Assembly (NCBI GenBank): GCA_900617105.1 | Contig: UYFQ01000550.1 | Location: 1 to 59,264, forward strand | Source of the DNA: Hydrurus foetidus | Taxonomy: Eukaryota | Direction: 5' to 3' | Length of the DNA stretch: 59,264 bases | Shown here: positions 35,966 to 50,082 of the stretch, piece by piece | Position numbering within the stretch: the first letter of the stretch is position 1 | Layout: every line of letters starts with the position of its first letter | Notes under the pieces: generated by a model | The model's input: the letters and a program-made list of their open reading frames with translations, nothing else | Told to the model about the DNA's origin: nothing | The model's database searches: none | Made by a program: the position numbers and the translations under genes

Positions 35966-38900
35966 AGAGAGAAAGAGAAGAGAGAGAGTGAGAAAGAGAG
36001 GAGAGGGAAGAGAAGAAAGGGGGAGAGAGGAGAGGAGATGAGAGAGAGTTAAGATGAAGTAAAAGAATAAAATGAGAGAGAGAGGAGGAGTGTAGGAAGA
36101 ATGGGGGAAGAGGGAGGGAGAGAGAAGGGAGGAGTGAAGGGGGGGTGGGGAAGGAGGGAAAGGGAGGGGCTGCTAGAGAGATAAGGAAATGGTCATACAA
36201 TTGTTTATACTTCCCAAGATATACGAAAGATAATCTTACGAAGTCCGTTATTTACGTGTCATTACGTCTTGGTGCAAATTGTTCTCTGGTCAATTTACAC
36301 TTAACTAATAGAAGTAATTCTCAAACACATTACTATATAATGTTGTATTACATTACATAGCATTGCATCGTGTCATTACCTCTTCTTTGATTTGATCTTG
36401 TCTGCAGAAAATGTGCGCGTCATCTTGTTGAAATCTTCTAACCCTTGTCAAGCCAGTAAGCGCACCTGGGATTGAGAGAGAGATAGAAGATAGGGAGATA
36501 GTGAGGGGAGGAAGACAATGTGGCGTGAGGGAGAAGGGGGAGAGTGAGAGGGTGAGGATGATAGGGAGTTGGGGAGTGAGAGAGAAGGAGAACAGGAACG
36601 GAGAGGGAGGGAGGGGGATAAGAGGGTTACGACGATAGGGGGGCGGAGGGAAAGGGAGAGATAGAGAGCGTGAGTGGGATAGTGAGGGTGAGAATGGGCG
36701 AGAGAGAGATGGGAGGGAGATGGAGAGGGTTGGATGCACACAAAAAGTTTACCGTAAGTACGCGTTACCTGAGAGTTCGTTACGGTGTAACACTCCGAAG
36801 TCTGCCACTCTGATCGGCAATTCTCGATAAGATCGGATTCTAAAATAAAACAAAATAAAACAAAGTGGAACACAGTAAAACAAAATGAAACATAGCGAAG
36901 GAGAACGCAACATTATAACTTAAAATGATGCATGTCAATTCATTTATGTAGATTTAATGAGACATTGTTACACGTAGACAATTCTAGTCGATGAAAGGAT
37001 GAGGAACTTAGTTCTCCTAGAGTGTGCTCTAAGATACTATTGCCTTCTGCAACATTTACCTGTACTACTTTGTTTACACAGTTTCACTAGTATTATCACA
37101 CTGTATTCACCAGTGTCCAAATTTTCGATATTATCATGCACTACTTACATATATGCTAATACACAGTATTATTACACACTATTTTATGCCTTAACTTAGG
37201 GTTAGTTCCGTTATAAATATACCGTATTTACCTGTGGCCGAACATCAAGCAATGTCCGGGACAGTTCATTGGTTTCATTCCCCACTCCTGCCCCTCCACT
37301 TCGAATGTAAACATCGCATCTTTGTAGTGCTGAGCATGGCCTGTGTGAGGGTGGCATGAAGTGGAAGGGGATAGTGGAAGGAAGGATGGAGGATGGAAGA
37401 GGAATGAAGGAGGAAGGGAGGAATGGAAGGATGGAACAAATGTGCCATGTGATGTAGGTCTATGAAGCAATATAAGATGACACTAATTTTTTCAACACTT
37501 TTCTATCCTTATTTTCATTTTCAGTTTTTTGTTCTACTCCAGTGATTTTGTGTAAGAATTGTCATATCGTTCACAAATATTGATTTTAACTTTTTTGATT
37601 TTTCTTACCTGAAGTTTCCCATAATTGTAAATTGAAAATATTTGGTGTAATTACCTAAAAAAATAATGAATAATCAAATATAAGTAGTAGTAAAAGTAAC
37701 AAGTGAAAAGATGTAGAGATACAGTGGTGGAGAAAGAGATGCGCGATATGATTTTCATAGGCAAAAAAAATTCTGTCGTTCAGTAATGAAATAAATGTAA
37801 TGAAAAACATAAAATATCTTGATTTGAAATATAGATAGACATTTTTTGTCAATTTTATTTCTCACCTCTTGATAACCCCTTTTCCAATATTCCGCTCTAA
37901 TAAAATCTATCAGCTTGTTGTATACTCTGTATAAAGATGAAAGGGGAAAAATGTGTATTGTGAATTGAAAGCTATGAATAATAACATTATTTGTATCGCA
38001 CTGTAATAATCGATAATTATGTTGTATTGAAAGCACATACATTCATGTACATTTTGTACGCTTACATGTGCACAAATGCAAATATACATACGAACACATA
38101 TGAGTTGTTTTCATATGTAGCTAATCGCTTAAGTGTTTATGATAGTACGTCAGTAAGTTATGATTAACTCAACATATTTATTAAAAAAAATGAGATATTT
38201 TAACTAATTAATTTATTTTATTTTTGTATACAATTTCTTCTCAAGTGTGTAACGAACCAACTTGTATGAAATTGAAATCTCAGATGTAACACATTTCATG
38301 TACGCGAATTCGTGTAAGTACTGACCGTGCTCCGTGTGGTAACCAGAAACACGACCCAGGAGAAAGTGCGTGGAAAAAAAATAATTCCTATGAAATGAAA
38401 ACGGTTAAAAAAGTAAATAAATGAGTGTTTAGTTAATATTGAAGGACACTAATTAATAAATAAATATGTAAATAAATAAATAAATAAATAAACCAACAAA
38501 TCATAATAACATCGTCGTTCTCACACCTAAACAGAAATGATATATTATTATATTTGAGAATGATCGCTGATGTCAACGTTTATCTCTCTATGTTCGTGAA
38601 ATAAGCTCCAAGAAAATCTTCAAAACTGCTATTTTATCACGGTTTCGAGAATACCTGTTTCGTTCCCAGTGTACGATGGTCTCTTTGTTTTGCTTTTTCT
38701 TGAAATTCTTGCCATTGTTTAAGCATGGCTTTATCAGGGAAAGAAATCGCGTATATTCTTTGTAAAGGATCGTTAGTGACTTGTCCCAACCAATTCGTAG
38801 ACGATGATTTAATTGCTGCAAAAGCCTTGGTAAAGGAGAAAAAAAGAAGAAAGAAAGAAAGAAAGTGAGAAAAAAAGAAAGTGAGGAAGAAAGAGAGGAA

Positions 38901-41900
38901 AAATGAAAGAATGAATGAAAGAAAGAAAGAAAGAAAGGAAGGAAGAAAGATAGAAGAGTTTGGTAATAATAGCATTGAATTGATTTGTAAGAATAAGAAA
39001 ATAAAATAAATTTGAAAAGTTCGTTACTTAATTGGTTAGTAAGTAGTTGTTCAAATTGCAAATGCAATGATAATAATTCGTAATAAATAATGGATTATCA
39101 AAAAAGAGATAAAGTAATGCAGGCTGTATAATTTTCAAAATTATGTGTCTGTTCATAAAAATCTAATAATGATAATGGTTTGAAGTAAATCTGCGGCTTC
39201 AACATAATCACAGAAAGAAACAGAATAGACCTTTTTAACTAATCTCGTATATTTTATTCTATTTTGATAGTAATTAAATATTAATAATAAATAAAATTCA
39301 CCTTAATTTTTCCCGTAGTGTTTACGTGGGGTCCCATGCAAAGATCGATCAATGGGCCGCATTTGTACACAGTGGTCATACTGCCTTCCGGCACCTTCTT
39401 AGTGATCAAACTAACCTGTTATATCAGATAATGTAATGCAATAAGATGTAAAGCTGCTTCGTTGAACTTGGCAAATTAGACTTTTTATGAAATGTAATAT
39501 TTTACTGGTCATACTTTTTAAACCAACATTTTCATAATAAAATTGTGCTTTCTAAATTACATGACTTTAATTTGTTATGTGACAATATCATATATTGTTA
39601 AGTTGTTAACATTATTAAGTAAACATGTTACATTGTATGATGTGAAATAGGAAAAGTAAGATTGGAGTGTTACTGTTGTTGATTATAATCATAGTACAAA
39701 GTAATCAGATGGAAAGGAAATGATAAAAGAAAAATAGAAGAGAATAAAAAAGAAAAAGGAAAGAGGAAAATAATAGTAGTAAAAAAGTAAAGAAATAGAG
39801 GTCAAGAGAATCAAAGAATTGAAAGCAAAAGAGAAGGGAAGATGTAAAATGGAAAAATGGTCCAACTTACAACACTTCCTATTTATGAGATATTTTGTTA
39901 CTTCATTTCAATTTATTTTCACTCTGTTTTATTTTATTCTGTTTTATGTTATTCTGTTTCATTTTTTTTTTTATTTACCTTGAAGGGGTTTGATGCAAAC
40001 ATTTCGAGTGCCTCCGCTTTGGAAAGAACAAGTCTCTGAAAAGGATATTTCTTATTGCACACCTAATTCATTTATTCATACATCAGAAATCATTAGTATC
40101 ATTTGATTACAAAAGACGTTGTTTGTGTTTTTGACAATAACGCAATGTTGATTATACTGTCTAATTGATTTATGTTTACATTTATACAGTCAATCATTTT
40201 ACTTTTTGTCGAAAATCATTAAAAAAGTAAAATTCGTTTTGTCGATAAAAAATGCCAAATTTTGTTAGGGGATAAAACAAAAGTTCAAAATAAAAAACAA
40301 TTTCTCGGACCAACTGAGCGAGCTATACACACATCACGTATACGTCACGTACAGAATCAGCACGTACGTACCTCCTGAGCTTTCGTGGATATCTTTGCGA
40401 GATCATCATCTGTTACTGTGTTGCTGCCCATGAAGGCATCGTAGTAAAATCCAGACTAAAAAATAATAAAAAACGAAAAAGAAAAGAAAAGAAAAAAAGA
40501 GGAAAAATCAAAAAAGAGTTAAGAAAAGAATACTGAAGCGGTGTGAAAAACTGTAAATTGTGTGTTTTGAAAGTTTTTGAGTAAGTGTAATATTTGGTGA
40601 AATTTAATTTGTAGCTGTGACATTATGATCTTATATCTAATAATGGAGTATTGGCAGTTTATTGTTTGTATAACCGTAATTCATTATTAACCACTAAAAA
40701 AATAATTTCAATTCGGATACAAAATAAAATACAAACAATTTTTTTAGACAAATAATATTCTACACTAATTGGATAAAGAAAACTAACATAACTGTATACA
40801 TAAAATAATTAATGATACCTAAATGCACAGAATACGAAATGTTTCTCAAAATCATTGAAGAACTTAATACTAAAATATTTCAATGAGAAAAATATTCTTT
40901 GTGTACTGTATACATACTCCGGGATTTGTTGCCAAAATTTATAATATTTAACAATTTACAATTTGGATTTGTAATTTTTTACAACACTTTCAAGTAGTGT
41001 CACTTAATGAGAGGGGTGGGGGTATATCATATAATTTTATCCTGTATTGTGATTTTGCGATAATCAGACTACCTGCAGCGGAGGGCCTATCGTCAAGTGC
41101 GCACCGTAAATGGCTTCGATGGCAGCTCCGAGTACGTGTGCTGAAGAATGCCAGAACACCTAAACGTACGTACGTATAAATACAAAACTGAAAAGTGAAG
41201 AATATTCTAGATGTGAGTGTAGTGATCTATTCTAATCTGTTGCAAGAAAATCAGAATTTTTCTCTCTATTTGAGAAATACAAAGTATTAAAGCACGAATA
41301 AACGGCAAAAAAACAGTAATTATATCAAATTCCCCGTACACATGTACGTACCGTTCTAGATTCTGGGTCGTCGTATTTGAGCAGAGTTAGAGTGCAGTTA
41401 CCCACGAGAGGACGAGAGAGATCCCACAACAATCCTTCGGTAAGAGTTGCTACCAATCCTAGAGAGAAGGAAAAAGAAAGAAAGAAAGGAAGGGAAGTAA
41501 GTAAGGAAGGAAGGAAGGTAGGAAGAATGAATTAATGAAAGAAAGGAAGAAAGAAAGGGAGAAAGAAAGAAAGCGAGATAAAGAAAGCGAAAATAAGATA
41601 GGAGGGAAAATGCGGAGGAGGATGAAGAGGTAAGAGGAGGAAAGGGGGACGAAATGCTTGAGGGGAGGTAGAGATAATATGACATCGTCTTGTATATTTT
41701 CGTTGTTTTCGACCTTTGAGTATCTAGTTGCCCAATCTAATAGAATACGGCACCATGTATCGAACAGTGTAGTAAAGTACAGTCTCCATGGACATCATGC
41801 ATGCATACGGTGAAATGTAGTAGAAAATTTATAGGAAAATAGTACAATAATTACAGGAATAAAGCGTTCGTGCTATACAGAAATATCTCGGATATAATGT

Positions 41901-43418
41901 ATTTGAAATCCTGAGATCAGATTTGAGTCTCAAATTTGACCGATGAAAAAAGGGCTCAAATCTCCGAAGTACACCCTGGGAATTCAACGATATTCCCGTC
42001 TGCACAAGCACAATACTGCTTAAAAAACAAAAATATAGCAGAACCTGGAAGAGAAATAATTACCCACCTTCATCAGCCTCATCATCCACCTGAGCTAATT
42101 TGGAATCACCATCTAATCTACTGGAATAGCAAACTTTAGCGATAATAATGCTGTCAGCCAGTCCTTGTGAAATTGCTTTAGCGATATCGTAGGGGGATGT
42201 CTTGAATGCAACACCAGATTTGATGGAGCTTAAGAAAAAAAGGTGGAAGTTGAAAAATAGATACATAAGATAAGAAAAGATTAGGTAAGATAAAATGAAG
42301 TGAAAAGTACGGTAAAATATGTAGAGGTAGCAGTGAATGATGAGAAACGGATGCAAAACTCAGATATCTCATTTGTATATTATCAAAGCAGAATAAAATG
42401 ATACTATTTTATCCCAGAAAATCTCAGATGGAGTGATGATGATAAGCACCCCACACGGCCCCACACCATGCTAAAAAATAAAAAAGCAAAAAATGGCGAA
42501 CGTTCCTCAGTTTTTGTATTTTTTAGTGTGGTGTGGGGCCGTGTGGGGTGATCGGTTTGACCATCACTCCATCTGAGTTTTTTTGGAAAATAGTATCATT
42601 TTATTCTGCTTTGGTAATATATACATACATAAAGAAATGAGAGAGAGAGAGAGAAATGAAAATTCAGAAAATAATGAATTGGAAGTAAAGAGGGTGAAAT
42701 ATCAGGGAAATATTCGTCCATTGAACAATGTTTCAAACTGATTATGGTAATTTTAATGAAATGATGATAAAAATTAAAATACGAATAAGTGCAGAACACA
42801 AAATACGAAATACGATTTTTCCCCATCATCATTATTATGCCGAGATTAAATCAGTTGATGTTGATAATTTGCATTGCATAAACTAATGATGATCAGTATT
42901 ATTTATTTGATATCAAGTAATATTGCAAATCATGCCCAGTATAACAGTGACTCTTAACAATGAAAAAACGAAATTGCATCAAATTGCATTAATCATTAAG
43001 ACAATATAAATATCGATTATGAGAAACCTTCAGTGATTCTCTGTGGTCGAATATCATGATTGTGCTAGGTGTAATTTATACCATTACGTGATACTCCGTA
43101 AATTATCAAACATATTTGAATGTTCCTAAGAATGTTCTTCGGAATGTTCTTACCCATCAGGAAGAGTAACTTCAATGGCATGTTCTGGAGTGGCTTGTAA
43201 TGCTTTGACAGCCTCTTCTTGCTTCGCCCAAAGAGTGTCGAAGTAAGCAGAACGAGTATCTAAGAATGCTGGATTTGTTGTGACAGTAAATGCCCCACCG
43301 ATATGCCCTCCTGAAGTCATGCGATCACCACTTTCTTTATTCGTTCTCGTCTGATCTCTCTTGGCAGCATCCTTCGAAGCACCAGCACCTGCAACGACTA
43401 TCTCCTTCGAGGAAACCA
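32770..43418 (-). CDS. TARS: Threonyl-tRNA synthetase, eukaryotic cytosolic type, ~21 or more exons; start codon exon uncertain (upstream of 43418)
   Basis: Exons encode [132 protein letters not shown]; stop TAA at 32772-32770. Confidence 0.97.
35047..35096. repeat. (AAAG)n intronic microsatellite
   Basis: Directly visible. Confidence 0.9.
35872..35960. repeat. (GA)n intronic microsatellite
   Basis: Directly visible. Confidence 0.95.
42378..42619. mobile_element. ~240-bp palindromic MITE-like element in a ThrRS intron
   Basis: Arms CAAAGCAGAATAAAATGATACTATTTT..CTCAGATGGAGTGATG..CACCCCACACGGCCCCACACCA and their reverse complements. Confidence 0.8.
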
Positions 43419-44276
43419 CTACAAAAGAACGCAGATAAGAAAGTACACGTAGGAGGAATGTCAGATGACGAAAACATGACATTGTAAATCATGGTAGAGT
43501 TTGGAATCACATTTCTCAGCACTTTTGATAGATATTTAAATTGCTAACTTCGCTTCCACAGCGTGTTCCAATCGCATCTATAAAGCCTACTCAAGCAGCA
43601 TCGACTTTTTGACCCCGAGAAAATGGAGGTTATCATGTAGACATTTCTTTGCACTAACAATAAGACCGCTGCCGTATTTCTTAGGCTGAGTTATCATTGT
43701 CAAATACGTATCTTTGAATTGTGCTGACAGAATGTTACTTACCGTTGACAGTAGAGGCAAAATCGTGCACAGCAAACTTTCCAGTTACATTTACTTTCAT
43801 CTTTCCGCTCATACTTAGTTTCGATGGCTATTGTCTCAGACTGACAAAAACTCACTGCAAGGACTATGATAATGCTGCCTGCGTAATTGCTGTGCGAGAT
43901 GTGAAAAGTCACCGATGTGGCAAGCAAATTTTCAGAGAGCAGAGCAGAGCAGACGTGAGACATCATCATCGGTCATCATTCGATGGCTCGATCGATCGAC
44001 AGCGATATTTTGGTCGAAACGAGATCGGTCCAAGATCCTTTTCTTATCCGGTATTTTGCACTTCACACTTCACTGTAACCGTACCGTATAGAAACGTCCA
44101 GCGAGTTCTGTAATGAACATCTATTACCGTCGAGTGCCCTTTGCTTCGCTAGGTTCAAAATCACCATTTTTGCCCCATTTTCATAGTTTTTTGGCACCCA
44201 CAGCCACATTAACATCAATAAGTGGTGTTTTATTCGAAAAATAGAGAGGTCAGACAATTCTGAGCCTTTTGATATA

Positions 44277-44713
44277 CCGTCCGGTGCCCTATTATTTGTT
44301 CGTTTTGTGGTATTACGATTTTACGATTCACTTTTTACACTCAAAATGACGGAAACAGAAATTTTACCGAAAAATTTATCTCCATGGCGTCAGTGTTTCA
44401 TCAGAATCTGATCATAGATTCGAATTCAGCACACTTTTTTAAGCTATTCTACTTATTCAGATATTTTCTAACATTACCACATTTTGGAATATTTCGATCC
44501 CCCGGTACCGAGAAGTCAAAAAATCACACTTTAATGAAATATAAAAAAAAATAGAAATATTTCGCAACAACTATCATACAGTTTAATTTGCAGCGGCTCC
44601 TCATTAGTTTGAATCTCGGCAGCTCTCTAGAGCGGCATCATAATTGCGCTCAGGAAGTCCAAAAATGATGATATTTCGGAAATAGAAAATACAAATAATA
44701 GGGCACCGGACGG
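44277..44713. mobile_element. 437-bp MITE nested in the outer element
   Basis: TA|CCGTCCGGTGCCCTATTATTTGT ... ACAAATAATAGGGCACCGGACGG|TA perfect TIR. Confidence 0.85.
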
Positions 44714-44715
44714 TA

Positions 44716-44928
44716 TTTCAGAATGTGGTAATGTTAGAAAATATCTGAATAAGCAGAATAACTTTAAAAAGTGTGCTGAATTCGAATCTATGATCAGATT
44801 CTGATGAAACACTGACGCCATGGAGATAAATTTTTCGGTAAAATTTCTGTTTCCGTCATTTTGAGTGTCAAAAATTGAATCGTAAAATCGTAATACCACA
44901 AAACGCACAAATATAGGGCACCGGGGGG
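44716..44928. repeat. Inverted partial copy of the MITE left arm (pairs with ~44277-44490)
   Basis: ~210-bp near-identical reverse complement ending AGGGCACCGGGGGG|TA. Confidence 0.9.
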
Positions 44929-46643
44929 TAAGAAGTCGCTAGGTCTCCGTGAAGCGCATCATGGTGTAAATCGCGGTGTACGTTTCGATCACGGTACCGC
45001 CGGAGCCAAATTACTCAACCTGCAGGAGCTTCAGAATATATCTGAGGTAGGCTGTAGACTAAAATCCGAATATGACATCAGTTCAGCATGAAAATGACTT
45101 CTGATGGAGATAGTTTTTTCCGTGGAATGCTTCTTATTGCCAATCAATAAAATTTGCTGAAATATTGGTGAATTGTCCCAAAAAAACAGTGAATTTAACC
45201 GCGAAAAAAAGGCGGATTACCCTTCCCGAACAAAACAAAGGGCACTCGATGGTATGCAACTATTCTATTGTATACTGTGACTGCATCATTTTTAAGAATG
45301 GACTTTTAAGCAGTGCATCTTTTTGGCCGAATCCCTCTCGCGTATCAGGCCAGCTCTAATGGCAGCCGAGTTTACCTCGAAAAGTAAACCCCGATGTGTG
45401 CTTTTTAGAAAAAACTCAAAAAGACCCCCCGTTATGGTACCGAAGTATCCTCGAAAAATGTCAAAGTAGAAATGGTTTACTTTCCATTTCCGAAAATGTC
45501 AAAGTAAACAGTAAACGGCGTTTACCGTTTACTTTGACTGCGTTTACTTCGACCCGAAAAACAAAAAGAGTGCCTATACCGGGCACACCGCGCATACCGG
45601 ACACTCCTCATACAACATCGTCGATATACCGGAGGTGCGGTACAGGTTTACTACTTTACTTTACTATTAGTAGGTGGCAGATTGCCGGAATCGTGAAAGT
45701 ATGCTTCGAGGTATACTTTTCAAAAATGGTATACTTTCGGGTCGGCATGCCCGAGTACCATGCATGAGAAGTGGCCTCAAGTTTTGATTTCACGCAGTAC
45801 AGTATTGCCCGAACGTTATAAAATGTCCAAAATACGAAAGATAGGCTTGAGAACTGTGAGAATTGCCATTTTATTTCAGCCTTGGATTTGCATACATTAT
45901 CAGACATTTTGCTCTGTTTCCGCAGCACATTTCTTTCCCTCAAATAAAATTGCAATTTTCGGGGATAGAATCTTGAAAATAAAATTGATTCAGAGGAGAA
46001 ACGATAAATTGTAATAATTAGAAGTTCAATGCAGCTATAAAAGAAGAAAATAATTCCAAAATTGTTGTAATAATTCACATGAACTATTTGCGAATAATTA
46101 GGTGTCAAATTCCATCAAGAAAAACAGTAAAAACCACCAAATTTAGTATTCGATTCTATTATCAGGTAGAGCATTAAAAATATGATTTTATGTGAAATCG
46201 CCATTAATTTTTCTCTATCCGCGTTATCTTTTATCTTTGTCACAAACCTTCTTCTTTTTTTTCTTCTCATCTATTGAATTCATCTTTTTTTCATTTTATG
46301 ACTTGACCGCCTCACCAAATCCAACCTTCCTTCATTCATTCTCTTCGTGTGTTCTTTTCATTTTCATTCTCGTTTTATTTCATTGCATCGATTTCCACAT
46401 GTTATAATTTTTATCATTTCTACAGTCTATTAACTTTCAATTGTCTTCACCAATTCTCTCCTCTACTCCTCGACTTCACTATTATCCTCTACATCTCTTC
46501 TTCATCCGCTTTCATAAGAATCATCTCCATCCCCACCCCTTCTCCTCTTCCCCATTCTCTTCAATCTTCGTTCTTGTTATCTCCCCTAATTCTGATAGAA
46601 CTAATTTCATCGCTACCACCTTCTCTTCTCTCTTCTCCACTTT

Positions 46644-49600
46644 TTATCTTCCTTTGTTTTGTGATTTCAAACTGGATACGGCTTCCATTGTGACTGTTTT
46701 CATCGCATCAGCAGATGCCTTGGGAATGTAGTGATATCTATAAAAAAAGGATAAAAGAAGAAAGTAAATTAATAAAAAATGAGATATCAATAACATGATT
46801 TCGGATGATGTAGTGCAAAGCTACATAAAGTTGGAGAAAAGAATAAAGAAAAAAAGTTTAAAAAATACGAATTTTGTGCAAAGAAGTGACAACAATACTA
46901 GAATAAGTCATGCCAACTTTAGATGCTTTGAGATGTTTACCTTCCGCCTGCTGCGTTTGCGATCTCCTTTGCTACACCTGTACTCACGAATTTGTTTTCC
47001 GTGTCTATTACCAAAAGTTTAATATTCGACATAGATCCGATTTGCTTCGCAATCATGATAACCTAAAAAGAAAAAAATTGTTCGAAAAAAGAAATAGGAA
47101 AAGAATAAAGAAAAAATGAATGAAATGTGAGAGGATGAAGAATCGTTAATGAAGTTCGTCAACGATTGAAGTGTCAAATAAAATCGAATAAAATACTCTA
47201 ATTTATCTCATCGAAAAGTATTATTAGATACAAGGAGATTTTTTTTACCTCGTCTTTCAATGCAATTCTCTGTTCCTTCTTCTCTGCATCTGTCAACTTC
47301 ACTTTCTCTGCACCCGGCTCTACCGTAACTTCCGGCTCTTCTCCGATACTTACGGCTAACGGCACATTTGCTCTCCCGTCTGAAATCAAAACTATCACAC
47401 ATCTGCCTACATCTCCACTCTTCATCGCATTCACGCCTACGTAGAGAAAGAGGTAGTGTGAGGTAGAGAACGATGTGAGGAGAAAGGTAGTGTGAGGTAG
47501 AGAAAAAGGTGAAAAGGTAGTGCACGGTATAAGAAGGGGCGAGGTAGAGAAAGAGGTGAAGAGAGGTAGTGTGAGGTAGAGAAAAGGGTAAAGGGACGCT
47601 GAGATGGAGGCAGTATCAGGCAATTGAGAGATGAGACAGGTGCTGTATATATATCATGGGTTAGCTGAGCGCAAAGCAAGATTTCTTTCATAATAGGAAC
47701 TGATCACAAATTCTCGTCATATGAATCAGTACAGTGTGAGATGTGGTGTATTTAGGACTTAAACAAAAATAACATGATAAATAACAGAGGTGATTCAGCA
47801 AAGAAAAATTCTTTACACTGTACGATTCTAAGAAAATAAAAGATTAACAATCAAAACAGACTATCGAAACACATTTTTAGTGTATCGGTGTCGGTACCTG
47901 TGCGTACTGCTTGAGTGAGTGCGTGCGCTAGTGGGGATCCACCTCCGCAAGGCATCATGTCTAACCTCTTCTTGGCGAGAGAGATGGAGCGGGTGGGAGG
48001 GAGGAGAACCTGTGCGTGTACGTGTGATGAAGGAGGGGTGAGGGGGTCAGAGGCAGAGAGGGGGAGGGGTGAAGGAAGGGTGAGGGGGTCAGAGACAGAG
48101 AGGGAGTGTGTGGAGTAGTGAGTGAATGAGACATTGAGGAAGTATGTGTGGGTGACTGCGAATGAATAGGACATTGAGAAACTATCTATTCGACCATTTA
48201 ATTTCAGTAAAGATTGAAAAAAATCACAAATCAATAACATAAGTCAGATTTTACCTCTGCCGATTTTCCTTGAAAGGGAATGAGACAAATTTTATCTCTA
48301 CTCTGATACGCTTCAGTTAACAACCCACAGGCAGCTCCCTTAGCAGCTGTCATTCTATTCAAGGCCATACTCCCACTTGCATCCACCGCAAAGATTAGAA
48401 GGGATCCGGCTTTCCTTGCCATCAACTTCGCACGTACGTCACTGGGCTCTAAGAATATTCTGGTCGAATCTTTTCCTAACGCAATTGCTTCTTTTCTTCT
48501 CCACACTTGGTTCTTGGCGGCTTCACGTAATGTGGCGTCGATTGCTACTCGAACTGGTTCACCGTCTTTTGGCACTACTGGTCGCAGATATCTTCCTCTG
48601 TCGCGCGACATGATTAATCCGCTCTTGCCTCCTTTTCCTCCTTTTTGACGTCCTCCAAACTAAAAGAAAATACAACAATAACAGTAAGAATATTGTAAGT
48701 AATCACATTACAATAAAAATTGCGTTCGTAATGACAATATTAATCATAATAATGACATTCGTAGCTGTGAGTAATTCGGTTAATTTAAAATTAAAACATC
48801 TTCATAACATCATAAGTATAATAATATTTATTATATCCTAACAAAAATTGATTGTACATCTCCCATATAACAAATGACAAATAGCATTTCCCATCCGTTT
48901 CACTTACCTTCATCATATCGTCCTCCAGCGCAACGCCCTCCGCTTCAAACATGAATTCTTCGGGGATGCTTGGCTCGCCCTCCTCTTCTTCTTCGTCCTC
49001 CTCCTCTTGCTGATCATCCTACCGTGCAAAAACAAGGGAGAGTAAATAAAGATAAAGAGTAGTGAAATCAAATAGACCAAGAATAGAATAAAACACCAGA
49101 ACAACACATAGAAAACATGAAAACAAAACACTCTTTAATATAAATAAATAACAACGAAAATGCATATGTATAAAGGTGCTTTAAAAAGTGAATTCACGAA
49201 GCAAAAGACAATACTACTTACCTCTTTATCCTCGTCATCCTTATCTTCTTCCTGATCATCTTCATTATCCTTCGTTTCGTTGTCGACAGACTGTTCAGGT
49301 TGAGGTGCCGATTTCGGTGGTGGTGGAGGAGGTGGCATCATTTCTTCCGGATTCTGATCTCTAAATCTATACGGTGAAAAAAAGGGACAGAGAGAGAAAA
49401 TGAGAAGTATAAAAGTAGAAGAAAATAAGCAAAATAAGCAAAATAAGAAAGAAAGAAGGAAAGAAAAGGAGGAGTAAAAGAGATTGAGTAGTGGAGGAAA
49501 TGCGTATAAAATAAGCGAAAATGAGAGAAGGTAGAGGAAGGGGGAAGAGAAAAAAGCAAATGAAGTGAGTATCAATGATTTTGATAATGGATGTAGTAAT

Positions 49601-49995
49601 GTTGAGTTGACCATCAAATGTCCATGGAGAGTCATCATTAAGGTCAGTGTTGAAAATAACGATCATCATCGAAAAATAAATATCTAAATCAGATAATCAA
49701 TGCAAAATATTTCAAATCAGTAACATCTTATTCATATAAATTCAAAATACTTCTAATAATCTTAACAACCATCAAATAAAAGGAAAGTACCTGCTCCTAG
49801 GAAAGATAGCTAATTTCACGGCTAGTCTGAGATCGTCCGCTCTTACGGGTGCATCTTCCAATGCAGCTGATGCCATAGCCACTCTAGCAGCTGCAATCTC
49901 AGCTCTGTGTGGGAAAGAGAGGATGAGAGCGAAGAGAAGGGAATGTGGGTGAGGAAGGGAGAGAAGGAGATGAGGTAATGGAAGGAGAGACAGAC

Positions 49996-50082
<87 letters not shown>

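Larger units (their letters stand above)
44127..45252. mobile_element. Non-autonomous Tc1/mariner-pogo-type element (outer), TA-flanked
   Basis: TA|CCGTCGAGTGCCCTTTG ... CAAAGGGCACTCGATGG|TA (17-bp TIR, one mismatch). Confidence 0.75.
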
